The notes under the pieces were generated by a model. That model saw only the letters and a list, made by a program, of their open reading frames with translations. It was not told the DNA's origin and did no database searches. A DNA stretch of 64,000 nt, taken from Chiloscyllium plagiosum (taxonomy: Eukaryota). Positions 12,395 to 25,290 of this stretch are shown one piece after another. Position 1 is the stretch's first letter; each line of letters opens with the position of its first letter. The stretch lies in NCBI RefSeq assembly GCF_004010195.1, contig NC_057720.1:5119550-5183549 (forward strand). The letters run 5' to 3'. A program made the position numbers and the translations under genes.

Positions 12395-12690
12395 GGGCAG
12401 CACGATGGCTCAGTGGTTAGAACTGCAGCCTCACAGCACCAGGGATCCAGGTTCGATTCCAGCCTTGGGTGACTGTCTGTGTGGAGTTTGCACATTCTCC
12501 CCGTGTCTGCATGGGTTTCCTCCGGGTGCTCTGGTTTCCTCCCACAGTCCAAAGATGTGCAGGTTAGGTGGATTGACCATGCTAAATTGCCCATAGTGTT
12601 AGGTGCTTTTGTTGGACGGAAATGGGTCTGGGAGGGTCGGTGTGGACTGGTTGAGCCAAAGCACTATTTCCAGACTGTAGGGAATCTAAT
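12395..12690 (+). mobile_element. HE1-like SINE
   Basis: gggcagcacgatggctcagtggttag...ggttcgattcc...gggaatctaat. Confidence 0.92.
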
Positions 12691-12907
12691 AAATAAAGAG
12701 AAAGGCAGTGGTTTATGCGAGGATGAGGCATGAAGGCTCAGTTAGGGAACTTGACAGTTATAAGTTAGCCAGAAAAGATCTAAAGAGCGAGCTAAGAAGA
12801 GCCAGGAGGAAATATGAGAAGTTTTTGGCAGATTGGATCAAGGAAAACCCTAAGGCCTTCTATATCAGGAATAAAAAAATGACTATGGTAAGATTAGGGC
12901 CAATCAC

Positions 12908-14018
12908 TGTACAGAGGTTCATCCCCAAGAAAAGAAAGATTATCCGGGAGGGATTAGACAATCATGGCTGACAAAGGAAGTCAGGAAATGTATTAAAGAA
13001 AAAGAGAGATCATATAAAGTGGCCAATACCACTGGGAAATCAGAAGATTGGGAAGGCTACAAAAACAAACAGAGGATAACAAAGAGAGAAATAAGGAAGG
13101 AGAGGATCAAATATAAGGTAGACTAGCCAGTTAATATTAGAAATGATTATAAAAGTTTCTTTCAAAACATAAGAAACAAACGACAGACAAAAGTAGACAT
13201 TGGGCCACTTCAAACTGATGCTGGAAGCCTAGTGATGGGAGATAAGGAAATAGCTGGAGAAATTAATAAGTACTTTGCATCAGTCTTCACAGTGGAAGAC
13301 ATGAGTAATATCCCAACAATTAAAGGGAGTCAGGGGGCTGAGTTGAGTTTGGTTCCCATTGCAAAAGAGAAAGTGCTAGAAAAGCTAAAAGGTCTTAAAA
13401 TTGATAAATCTCCTGGCCCTGATGGGCTACATCCTAGAGTTCTGAGGGAGTGGCTGAGGAAATAGTGGAAGCGTTGGTTGAGATCTTTCAAAAGTCACTG
13501 GAGTCAGGGAAAGTCCCGGATGATTGGAAGATCGCTATTGTAACCCCCTTGTTTAAAAAAGGATCAAGACAAAAGATGGAAAATTATAGGCCAATTAGCC
13601 TAACGTCGGTTGTTGGTAAAATTCTAGAATCCATCATTAGGAATGAGGATTCTAAATTCTTGGAAGAACAGGGTCAGATTAGAACAAGTCAACATGGATT
13701 TAGTAAGGGGAGGTCATGCCTGACAAACTTGTTGGAATTCTTTGAAGAGGTGACAAGTAGGTTAGACCAGGGAAACCCAGTGGATGTTATCTACTTAGAC
13801 TTCCAAAAGGCCTTTGATAAGGTGCGTCATGGGAGGCTGCTGAGCAAGGTGAGGGCCCATAGTGTTCGAGGTGAGCTCCTGGTATAGATTGAGGATTGGC
13901 TGTCTGACAGAAGGCAGAGAGTTGGGATAAAAGGTCCTTTTTCAGAATGGCAGCCGGTGACAAGTGGTGTCCCGCAGGGTTCAGTGTTGGGGCTGCAGCT
14001 GTTCACGTTATATATTAA
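12908..14018 (+). mobile_element. Internal fragment of a different CR1 family, between two copies of a 350-bp duplication
   Basis: ORFs 13232 and 13450 (PLFKKGSRQKMENYRPISLTS, LDFQKAFDKV); same family as 34540-38339. Confidence 0.88.
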
Positions 14019-14772
14019 GCAGGTTAGGTGGATTGACCATGCTAAATTGCCCATAGTGTTAGGTGCTTTTGTCGGAGGGAAATGGGTCTGGGTGGGTTAC
14101 TCTTCGGAGGGTCGGTGGGACTGGTTGAGCCAAAGCGCTATTTCCAGACTGTAGTGAATCTAATAAATAAAGAGAAAGGCAGTGGTTTATGCGAGGATGA
14201 GGCATGAAGGCTCAGTTAGGGAACTTGATAGTTATAAGTTAGCCAGAAAAGATCTAAAGAGCGAGCTAAGAAGAGCCAGGAGGGAATAGGAGAAGTTTTT
14301 GGCAGATTGGATCAAGGAAAACCCTAAGGCCTATATCAGGAATAAAAAAATTACTATGGTAAGATTAGGGCCAATCACAATTAGGGGAAGCACTTAATGA
14401 ATATTTTTCTTCAGTATTCACATTGGAAAAGGGCAATGTTAGTGACAATACGGAGATACAGGCTACTAGATTAGATGGGATTGCAGTTGACAAAGAGGAG
14501 ATTTTAGCAATTTTGGAAGGTCTGAAAATAGATAAGTCCCCTGGGCTAGGTGGGATTTATCCTCTGACTCTCTGGGAAGCCAGGGAGGAGACTGCAGAGC
14601 CTTTGACTTTGATCTTTATGTCATCATTGTCGACAGGAGTAGTACCAGAAGACTGGAGGACAGCAAATGTTGTTCCCTTGTTCAAGAAAGGGAGTCGGGA
14701 CAACCCTGGTAATTATAGACCAGCGAGCCTTACTTAGGTTGTGGGTAAAGTGTTAGAAAAGATTATAAGAGA

Positions 14773-15102
14773 TAGATTAGATTACGATTAGATTAGATTA
14801 CATTACAGTGTAGAAACAGGCCCTTCGGCCCAACAAGTCCACACCGACCCGCCGAAGCGAAACCCACCCATACCCCTACATTTACCCCTTACCTAACACT
14901 ACGGGCAATTTAGCATGGCCAATTCACCTGACCCTGCACATCTTTTGGACTGTGGGAGGAAACCGGAGCACCCGGAGGAAACCCACTCAGACACGGGGAG
15001 AACGTGCAAACTCCACACAGTCAGTCGCCTGAGGTGGGAATTGAACCCGGGTCTCAGGCGCTGTGAGGCAGCAGTGCTAACCACTGTGCCACCGTGCCGC
15101 CC
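14773..15102 (-). mobile_element. HE1-like SINE, full length and young-looking
   Basis: Head GGGCGGCACGGTGGCACAGTGG, CpGs retained, (TCTAA)n tail, inserted in CR1 RT. Confidence 0.93.
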
Positions 15103-16439
15103 ACTAATAGGATTTATAATCATCTGGAAAGGAATAATCTGATTAGGGATAGTCAACATGGTTTTGTGAAGAGTAGGTCATGCTTCACTAACTTTATTGA
15201 GTTCTTCAAGAAGGTGACAAAACAGGTGGATGAAGGTACAGCAGTTGATGTGGTGTATTATAGACGTCAGTAAGGTTCCACATGGTAGGCTATTGCACAA
15301 AATATGGAGTTTTGGAATTGAAGGTGATTTAGTGGTTTGGATCAGAAACTGGCTAGCTGAAGGAAGACAGAGGGTGGTGGTTGATGGGAAATATTCATCC
15401 TGGAGCTCAGTTACCAGTGCTATGCCACAAGGATCTGTTTTGAGGCCATGCGGTTTGTCATTTTTATAAATGATGTGGATGTGGGCATAGGAGGATAGGT
15501 TAGTAAATTTGCGGATGATACTAAGACAGGCGGAGTCATGGATGCTGCCGAAGGATGTTGTGGGTTACAGAGGGACATAAATAAGATGTAGAGCTGGGCT
15601 GAGAAGTGGCAAATGGAGTTTAATGTGGAAAAGTGTGAGGTAGTTCACTTTGGAAGTAACAGGAACACAGTACTGGGCTAATGATAAAATTCTTGGCAGT
15701 ATGGATGAACAGAGATATCTGTGTGTCCAGGTGCATAAATCCCTGAAAGTTGCCACCCAAGTTGATTGGGTTGTTAAGAAAGCATATGGTGTGTTGGCTA
15801 GGCAAAAGTGAGGGCTGCAGATGCTGGAAACTCTGATTTAAACATATGGTGTGTTGCCGTTTATTGGTAGAAGGATTGAGTTTCAGAGCCATGAGGTCAT
15901 GTTTCAGCTCTACAAGACACTGGTAAAACCGCACCTGTAATATTGCTCACAGTTCTGGTCACCGCATTATAGGAAGGATGGGGATGCTTGGGAGAGGGTT
16001 CAGAGATTTACCAGGATGTTGTCTGGTTTGGAAGGAAGGTCTTATGAGGAAAGGCCGAGGGAACTGAGGCTGTTGTTGGAGAGAAGGTGGTTAAGAAGTG
16101 ACTTAATCGAGACACAAGATAATCAGAGGGTTAGACAGGGTGGACAGTGAGAGCCTTTTTCCTCGGATGGTGATGGCTAGCATGAGGGGACACAGTTTTA
16201 AATTGAAGGGTGATAGATTTAGGACAGATATTAGGGGGCTAGTTTCTTTACTCAGACTAGTAGGGGCATGGAACAACCTGCTTGCAACAGTAATAGACTC
16301 GCCAACATTAAAGGTATTTAAATGGGTATTAGATATACATATGGATAATAATGGAACAGTGTAAGTTAATGGGTATCAGATTAATTTCACAGGTCGGAAG
16401 GGCATGTATTGCGCTGTAACGTTCCATGTTCTGACATAA

Positions 16440-17310
16440 AAATTCCATTAACTTCTCAATAACCCACTAGTTTAATTTATGCACAGGGATTCCCAAATCT
16501 CTCTGCAGTCTGTATTTAAATAATATTCAGTTTCTCTATTTTTACAGCCCAAATGTTTAACATCTCATTTTTCCATTTCATAATCCACTTAACTTGTTGC
16601 TTACTCATTTAAAACTATCTACATCTCTGCAGCCTCTGTGTCCCTCTCACAGCTCATCTTTCCATCTCATGTTAGATCAAGGTAGACAATATTGTGTCTC
16701 TTCATCTAAGTTATTAATGCAGATTCTAAGTAGCTCAGGCCACAGCACTTTCCCTTGTGGCACTTCACAATTCATTGTCCACCAACCTGAAATGCTGCAC
16801 TACACTCTCGACTCTTGAGCTCCAGCATCTGCAGTCCTCACTTCCTCCAAATATATTACCCTCAACTCTGAGCCCTTCTCTTGCCTATTAATGTTGTGTG
16901 CCACATAATCAAATGCCTTTTGGAAACCCAGGTTTTATCATTTATACAGGTTCCCCATAGATTTGTAGTAAGTTTGTCAGGCATGATTTCTCCTTTATAA
17001 GCCACGGTAAGCCTGCTTCATATTTCTAAGCGTTTTGCTATAGCACTCTTCATGATACACTTCAGCATTTTCCAAATGACAGATGTTAAAGCTAACTAGT
17101 CTACAGTAATTTTTTTTGGTTGCCTCCCCTTTTGAATAATGGCATTACATTGGCAGTCTTGTAAACCTCTGGGACCTTTCCAGGATTTAAGGATTCTGGG
17201 CAGACTACCACCAGGGTATCCACTACCTCAAACTGCTAATTTAAATGTCCAAAGATGCAACCCATCATGTCCAGTGTCTTTCGTCCCATTTGTTTTCTCG
17301 GTACTTCTCT
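16440..17310 (-). mobile_element. Old, heavily decayed CR1 RT fragment
   Basis: Remnants such as ttgtggcacttcac, aaatgccttttggaaacc and gcatgatttctcc on the plus strand. Confidence 0.6.
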
Positions 17311-17322
17311 AATGATAGTTCA

Positions 17323-18280
17323 GAGTCAGAGATATACAGCATGGAAACAGACCCTTTGGTCCAACTTGTCCAGACCAACCAGATATCCTAAATTAATCTC
17401 ATCCCATTTCCTAGCACCTGGCCCATATCCCTTTAAACTCCCTATTTGTATGCCCTCTTGTTTAGGAATTTCCTACCCTGGGGAAAAGTCCTTGGATATT
17501 CACCCTATCCATGCCCCTCATGATTCTTAAACTTCTATAAGGTCACCCCTCAGCCTCCAATGTTCTGGAGAGGCACGGTGGCTCAGTGGTTAGCACTGCT
17601 GCCTCGCAGCACCAGGGACCTGGGTTTGATTGTCTGTGTGGAGTTTGCATTCTCCCCGTGGATGTGTGGGTTTACTCCGGTTTCCTCCTACAACCCAAAG
17701 ATGTGCAGGTCAGGTGGATTGGCCGTACTAAATGGCCCATAGTGTTAGGTGCATTAGTCAGGGGTAAATGTAGGGTAGGGGAATAGGTCTAGGTGGGTTA
17801 CTCTTCGGAGGGTCAGTCTGAACTTGTTGGGCCAAAATGACCTGTTTCTACACTGTAGGGAATCTAATCTAAAAAATATAGCTCCAGGCTAGTCAGCCTC
17901 TCCCTAATAGCTCATACCCACCAACATCCTTCTAAATCTTTTCTGAACCCTTTCAAGTTTCAAAACCTCTTTCCTATGACAGGGAGACCAGAACAGAACA
18001 CAGTGGCCTAACCAATGTACTGCACGACGTGATCTCCCAACTCCTATACTCAATGCACTGAACAATGAAAGCAAGTGCACAAAATGCCTTCACCACCCTA
18101 TGTGCGACTTCACTTTCAAGGAACCACGAACATGCACCCCAATGTCTTTTTGTTCAGCAACACTCCTCAGAACCAGATGTCCTAAATTAATCTAGTCTTT
18201 TTTGCCAGTATTAGGCCCATATCCCTCAAAGCCCTTCCTATTCGTGTACCCATCCAGATGCCTTTTAAATCTTGTATTAT
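17323..18280 (-). mobile_element. HER1/CR1 3' fragments with a nested SINE
   Basis: Tail gagatatacagcatggaaacagaccc and aaccctttcaagtttc...gggagaccagaa. Confidence 0.8.
17567..17872 (+). mobile_element. HE1-like SINE
   Basis: ggcacggtggctcagtggttagcactgc...gggaatctaatctaa. Confidence 0.9.
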
Positions 18281-18426
18281 TGTGTTTATTTTCACTCCAC
18301 TATTGAATACTTAGCATTTTTGGAAACGGCTAAGTGTCTTCTGTTGTGTAGAATCAGTGAATAATGGAATCCCATGAACAAATTTAGCAGTGAGCTTACA
18401 ACGTGAAGTAATTCTGAGTGTTCAAA

Positions 18427-20370
18427 AGACAATAGGTGCAGGAGGAGGTCATTCTGCCCTTCGATCCTGCACCACCATTCAATGAGATCATGGCTGATCA
18501 TCCTTAATCAGTATCCTGTTCCTGCCTTATTTCCATAACCCTTGATTCCACTATCCTTGAGAGCTCTATCCAACTCTTTCTTAAATGAATCCAGAGACTG
18601 TGCCTCCAATTGCCCCTGGGGCAGAGCATTCCACACAGCCACCACTCTCTGGGTGAAGAAGTTTCTCCTGAGCTCTGTCCTAAATGGTCTACCCCGTATT
18701 TTTAAGCTGTGTCCGGTTCGGCACTCACCCATCAGTGGAAACATGTTTCCTGCCTCCAGAGTGTCCAATCCTTTAAAAATCTAATATGTCTCAATCAGAT
18801 CCCCTTTCAGTCTTCTAAACTCAAGGGTATACAAGCCTAGTCGCTCCAGTCTTTCAGTGTAGGGTAATCCCGCCATTCCAGGAATTCACCTCGTGAACCT
18901 ACGCTGCACTCCCTCAATAGCCAGAATGTCTTTCCTCAAATTTGGAGACCAGAACTGCACACAGTACTCCAGATGTGGTTTCACCAGGGCCCTGTACAGC
19001 TGCAGAAGAACCTCTTTCCTTCTATTCTCAATCCCTCTCGTTATGAAGGCCAGCATGCTATTAGCCTTCTTCACTACCTGCTGTACATGCATGCTTACCT
19101 TCATTGACTGGTGTACAAGAACACCCAAATCTCTNNNNNNNNNNNNNNNNNNNNNNNNNNNNNNNNNNNNNNNNNNNNNNNNNNNNNNNNNNNNNNNNNN
19201 NNNNNNNNNNNNNNNNNNNNNNNNNNNNNNNNNNNNNNNNNNNNNNNNNNNNNNNNNNNNNNNNNNNNNNNNNNNNNNNNNNNNNNNNNNNNNNNNNNNN
19301 NNNNNNNNNNNNNNNNNNNNNNNNNNNNNNNNNNNNNNNNNNNNNNNNNNNNNNNNNNNNNNNNNNNNNNNNNNNNNNNNNNNNNNNNNNNNNNNNNNNN
19401 NNNNNNNNNNNNNNNNNNNNNNNNNNNNNNNNNNNNNNNNNNNNTAGTCTGACTTCAGTGGTGGGAAAGATGCTGGAGTCTATTATAAAGGATGAAATTA
19501 CTGCACATCTGGATAGTAGTAACAGGATAGGTCAGAGTCAGCATGGATTTATGAAGGGGAAATCATGCTTGACTAATCTTCTGGAATTTTTTAAGGATGT
19601 AACTCTGAAGATGGACGAGGGAGATCTAGTAGATGTAGTGTACCTGGACTTTATCAAAAGCTTTCTGAAAGTCCAGGTACACTACATCTACTGGATCTCC
19701 CTCGTCCATCTTCAGTTACATCCTCACAACATTCCAGAAGATTAGTCAAGCATGATTTCCCCTTCATAAATCCATGCTGACTCTGACCTATCCTGTTACT
19801 ACTATCCAGATGTGTCATAATTTCATCCTTTATAATAGACTCCAGCATCTTTCCCACCACGGAGGTCAGACTAACTGGTCTATAATTTCCTGCTTTCTCT
19901 CTCCCACCTTTCTTAAAAAGTGGTACATTAGGCACCCTCCAGTCCGCAGGAACTGATCCCGAATCTATCGAACTCTGGAAAATAATCACCAACATATCCA
20001 CGATTTCTCGAGCCACCTCCTTCAGTACCCTGGGATGTAGACCATTAGGCCTGGGGGACTTATCAACCTTCAGACCTCTCAGTCTCTCCAACACTAATTC
20101 CTGGCAAATATAAATTCTCTTCAGTTCAGGTCCTTCAGCCACTGTTACCTCAGGGAGATTGCTTGTGTCTTCCCCAGTGAACACAGATCTGAAGTACCAA
20201 TTCAATTCTTCTGCCATTTCTTTGTTCCCTGTAATATATTCCCCTGTTTCTGTCTTCAAGGGCCCAATTTTAGTCTTAACCATTTTTTTTGCCTTTCACA
20301 TACCTAAAAAAACTTTTACTATCCTCCTTTATATTATTGGCCAGTTTCCCTTTGTACCTCATTTTTTCTC
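18427..20370 (-). mobile_element. CR1 LINE (same family as 275-2280), with a gap and an inverted internal segment
   Basis: ORFs 19654..20283, 18886..19128 and 18508..18768; plus-strand copy of an RT segment at 19445-19652. Confidence 0.9.
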
Positions 20371-20964
20371 TGGCCAAGTGAAGGGGGGGGGGGGGGACAA
20401 CTCTGGCATCAGTGCCCCTAGCTACAAATAGTCAGATCTTGTATTGAAAATTAGCCAATAATGTTGTTGAGATATCATTAAAACATGCAAAACTTTCAAC
20501 AGCAGATCCCTTCAAAGATATATGTAAATATGATACTTTCAGATTATGAGTGACTAAAAGCTATGCAACATACTGTAAGTTAGGAATTCTTTAACAGCTG
20601 CTACTTTGACCAAGTGTTTGGTCACATGCCTTCACATATGACTCACTGCCAAAATTTGCTTGATAGGTCTCCTGCAAAATGCCTTGGAATGTTTCATTGC
20701 ATTGAGGATGCAATAAGTTGTTGACAACAAATTGTTGTCCAGATTAGATAGATATCACCAATTTTCACAATGACAATGGAAAATACAGAACATACAAAAT
20801 ATTTGATTCAGGAGTTGGAAATCAAATGTCGTAGTATTCTTGTTACCAATTTGTGTGCCTACCAGCAGGAACACAATCGTTAAAAATTAGACTTAAAAAT
20901 GTCTTTTCCCATGTAAAATGGGAATATGCAGTCCTTATCACTTATATTCACCTTAAATTGGTTT

Positions 20965-22062
20965 TGAAGTAGTAACAAAGAGAATCGATGAGGGCAGAAC
21001 AGTGGACGTGATCTTTCTGAACTTCAGTAAGGCATTAGACAAGGTTTCCTATGGGAGACTGGTTAGCAAGGTTAGATCTCATGGAATACAAGGAGAACTA
21101 GCCATGTGGATACAGAACTGGCTGAAAGATAGAAGACAGAGGGTGGTGGTGGAGGGTTGTTTTTCAGACTGGAGGCCTGTGACCAGTGGAGTGCCACAAG
21201 GATCGGTGCTGGGTCCACTAGTTTTCATCATTTACATAAATGATTTGGATGTGAGAATAAGAGGTAAGTAAGTAAGTTTGCAGATGGCACCAAAATTGGA
21301 GGTGTAGTGGACAGCGAAGAGGGTTATCTCAGATTACAACAGGATCTTGATCAGATGGGCCAATGGGCTAAGTGGCAGATAGAGTTCAATTCAGATAAAT
21401 GGTGAGTTGCTGCACTTTGGGAAAGCAAATCTTAGCAGGACTTAGGGTCCTCGGGTGTGTTGCTGAATAAAGAGACCATTGAGTGCAGGTTCATAGCTCC
21501 TTGAAAGTGGAGTCGCAGGTAGGTAAGACAGTGAAGGCGGCGTTTGGTATGCTTTCCTTTATTGGTCAGAGTATTGAGTACAGGAGTTGGGAGGTCATGT
21601 TGCAGCTGTACAGGATATTGGTTAGGCCATTGTTGGAATATTGTGTGCAATTCTGGTCTCCTTCCTATCGGAGATATGTTGTGAAACCTGAAAAGGTTCA
21701 GAACAGATTTACAAGGATATTGCTAGGGTTGGAGGATTTAAGCTATATAGGGAGAGGTTAAATAGGCTGGGGCTGTTTTCCCTGGAGAGTTGGAGGCTGA
21801 GGGGTGACGTTATCGAGGTTTACAAAATCATGAGGGGCGTGGATAGGATAAATAGACAAAGTCTTTTCCCTGGGATCAGGGAGCCCAGAACTAGATGGCT
21901 TAGGGTGGGAGGGGAAAGATATAAAAAAGAGACTTTAGGGGCAATTGTTTCCACACAGAGGGTGGTACGTGTATGGAATCAGCTGCCAGAGGAAGTGGTG
22001 GAGGCTGGTACAATTACAACATTTAAAAGGCATCTGGATGGGTATATGAACAGGAGGGATTC
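20965..22062 (+). mobile_element. HER1/CR1 LINE 3' half
   Basis: ORFs 21002 ([13 protein letters not shown]), 21483 (RPLLEYCVQFWSP) and 21830. Confidence 0.92.
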
Positions 22063-24033
22063 TGAAAAAGAATTACCAGGAACGCTGTGTGCAAGATGAA
22101 GTATTTTTTTAAAAATCAAAAATGCCCTTTGCTCAGCAACCTTAAAAGTTGTGTCACCAATTTGAATGCTAAAAGATAAATGATCACTGCTGTCAACTAG
22201 TGTAGGAAATTTGGCTTAAATAGAACATCCTAGAAAATCTCAGGTCAGGCAGCATATTGTGGAGAGAGAAAAAAAAACAAAGTTATTTTGAGTCGAATAT
22301 GACTTTTTTCTGCTCAGCCAGCTGGACAAACAGAGTTTTTCCACCACATTATTCTTATTTCAGATTTCCAGCATCCACAGTATATTAGCAGCTAACTCAC
22401 TACCACTTTGCTTTCAGGAATGCCTGACTTGCAGTAGTTCTGCTCTTTTTGTCGACAGGATTGGTCAGTCACTTTCACTCTGCTTTCATTGCTTCTCACT
22501 TCTCTCTTGTGGTTTGAGAAAGGTGTTTACCCTGACTCACTTTCGCAGCCTCAATGTCCTCCTCAGAGATTGTGTCAGCTCCATCTCTAACGTGAGTTTT
22601 GTCAGGACTCAATATTAACTGCTTCTTTTTTGGCAGGCCTGCTGAGTTTTTCCATAGCTTTCGGTTCATATTTTGATTTTCCAACATCCACAGTACTTTG
22701 CTCTCAGTTGATTTTATTGATGTAATTTCCTATCTGACTGGTTTAGAGTCATAGAACCATATTGCACGGATAGAGACCTTTTGGTCCAACTAGTCCACGC
22801 CGACCATAATCCCAAACTAAACTAGTACCACCTGCCTGAACTTGACCCATATTCCTCCAAACATTTCTTATTCATGTAATAACCATAAGCAATCCAGAAG
22901 TAAATCTAGAAATAAACCTGAATCTCAGGAGCAGCTGCAAGATCCTGCTTTTCTCAGTCCACCAGTTTAGAGAATAAGGCGCAGTTGGACAAAAGTATAG
23001 CCATCAGTGGTAGAGCAGTTAAAATCGGGGATATGGCAAGCAAACATTTCATCCCATCTTTCATGATTTTGAGTGAAGTTTCTGGCTATGCAGTAGCGAG
23101 TTGCCAAATAAGGGGGATTACCTCATCAGCCCAGCTTTCCTCATTAATATTTGGCTTCCAATCTTACCAAAATGTTGAACAACTAGATGGTGAGAACTTG
23201 ACATGGAAGTCAAAGCAGATACCTGGAGACACCAGGTCACCACTTGCAGCTAAGGGCCTCCAAGATGCATAGGAGCAGGTAGTATCTCAGGACATGATCC
23301 GCAGACATTAGCCACACACAACCCTTGTCCACGGACATTGTCAACTAGCATGTTAAAGACAATAAGATAGACAGTCACATGCATCTTAGCACTGGGAATA
23401 AATCAGCCTTCGTTGAACAAGTTACCTTGGAAGAAACAAGCACTTGAACGAAGTTGCCGTGTGGATCAGCAATGATTTAATTCAATGCTTGAGGGACTAA
23501 ATGGCCTATAGCCATTGACAAAATGCTTGGAAATTATTTACCACTGCCACTGGGCTGCCCTTCGACATTTCTCAGAATCAAAACCACATGACTGTTCATA
23601 ACTGTCAGCATATTCACACATTTACTTATGGAAAGATGGCATTCTGACCTGCAGAGAAGATTAAATAAAAAGTTACACTCCAGAGGAAGTGCAATATAGC
23701 TCTTCATGGATTGACAAGTTAGCAATATAATACAAGATTGAGTTTGACCAGAATTGACAAAGTTTTATCACGACAAATACAGCTGTAACTAGTGTCACAA
23801 ATTGGAATTTCCTACTTGAATGAAGCTTCATGTGTTATGAATTCATTGGGGGGAGAAAAGTACCTCAATTGACCTTCAGTGGCAACACATTTGTAGCTAA
23901 GCAAGATATTTTCACAAGGTGGTCAGATTGCCAAGGTGCCTCTCTAGGTTCTGGATCAGTGGTGATCAGATTCTGGATCAGTGGTGCTGGAAGAGCACAG
24001 CAATTCAGGCAGCATCCGAAAAGCTTCGAAATC

Positions 24034-24061
24034 GACGTTTCGGGCAAAAGCCCTTCATCAG
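24034..24061 (-). ncRNA. Minimal hammerhead ribozyme motif
   Basis: Minus strand CTGATGA-A-GGGC-TTTT-GCCC-GAAA-CGTC. Confidence 0.82.
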
Positions 24062-24265
24062 GAATAGAGGCAGGGTGCCTGCAGAGTGGAGAGATAAATG
24101 AGACGGGGGTGGGGAGAAAGTAGCATAGAGTAAGAGCTTCAGGGCAGAGGAAATGACCTGGGAGTTGCAGTGGGAGAGAGACTCCCTGAGATTCTTGTAG
24201 AGAGAGGAGGAAAACTTCTTCAATCCTTGCAAGAGGATTCGCAGTAGGGTTAAAATCACCCCCAC

Positions 24266-24293
24266 CTGATGAAGGGCTTTTGCCCGAAACGTC
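24266..24293 (+). ncRNA. Minimal hammerhead ribozyme motif
   Basis: CTGATGA-A-GGGC-TTTT-GCCC-GAAA-CGTC; the 5' helix I strand is altered by the junction. Confidence 0.75.
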
Positions 24294-24749
24294 GATTTCG
24301 AAGCTTTTCGGATGCTGCCTGAATTGCTGTGCCCTTCCAGCACCACTGATCCAGAATCTGGTTTCCAGCATCTGCAGTCATTGTTTTTACCAAGGTGCCT
24401 CTCTAACCTTCCTAATGTCCCTGTTGTGAATGATATGAACTGCATAGTATTAACCCGTTCATTTTCAACTGTGTAACATTAAAGCAAGGTTCTGGCATTC
24501 ATCTATTTAGACATAGTGTCAGTTGTAGTGCACAAAAAAGGTGAGGGGTTCACAGTTTTAGACAGTGAAAGTAATCACCAGCATTATTAGTTGTCTCCAA
24601 GTCCCATGAGCGTTCATTCCAAACCAGGTATGCCTCATTTAGAGATGCCATTACTCCCCCATTTGAAAAAAATACCACATAGAAACAGCGCAGAATTGAA
24701 CCAAAGTTACCCCAGCATATCCACACATTTGATGATGGAAAGATGACAT

Positions 24750-25290
24750 TCCGGCTTCCAGAGAAGTTTATTTAACAAAACGTTACACGAGAAGAAATGT
24801 AACAGCTTCTCATGGATTTACAAGATGACAATACTATACAACATTGAATCAGACCAGAAACTACAAAATTCTAGCAAAAATAAAGCAAAGGAAAAGTATT
24901 TCACAGGTGCATTGTAAAAATATATACCTCGTGCTATTTACAATCCAAATTGCTAAATGATTACATTCTGTGTAGAGATGCATGAAAGAAATTGGAAGCC
25001 TTTGAAAAGTGAATGTTAAGACATAAGCCAAAAATTCCACACACAGAATATAACACAAATGAAGAAACGGCCGAGGGACAGAAATCTAAAACAAGTGACA
25101 TTCAGAAAAGAAAATGCCAGTATTATGGCCATTTGATCAGAGCTGAAAAGCTAAGGAGATTTCTTTTAGAGGGCAGAATTGGAGGGCAGCAGAGGGAGAG
25201 ATTGACCTGGGGTCTGTTGCAGATGAGCTACTATGATGTGCAAGGATGGCACAAGGCAGAAGTGCATGACATACCATGACAGAAGGACTC
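24750..25290 (+). mobile_element. Decayed RTE-clade LINE C-terminal remnant
   Basis: ORF 25013..25279 IQKRKCQYYGHLIR...LLEGRIGG resembles the RTE C-terminal YFGHLxR...LEGKIEG motif. Confidence 0.65.

Larger units (their letters stand above)
10760..16435 (+). mobile_element. Long decayed CR1 LINE (ORF1 esterase, endonuclease, RT, 3' tail) with nested insertions
   Basis: DGLHLN-type ORF1 sequence near 11020; ORFs 11426 (FRKNREDGKRGEGV), 14423 (NVVPLFKKG), 15230 and 16140. Confidence 0.88.
23947..24389. mobile_element. Fold-back PLE-derived element (family A) with two opposed hammerhead cores
   Basis: 16-bp TSD ccaaggtgcctctcta (23931-23946, 24390-24405); 96-bp inverted arms 23967-24062 and 24265-24360 with one mismatch by eye. 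Confidence 0.9.
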
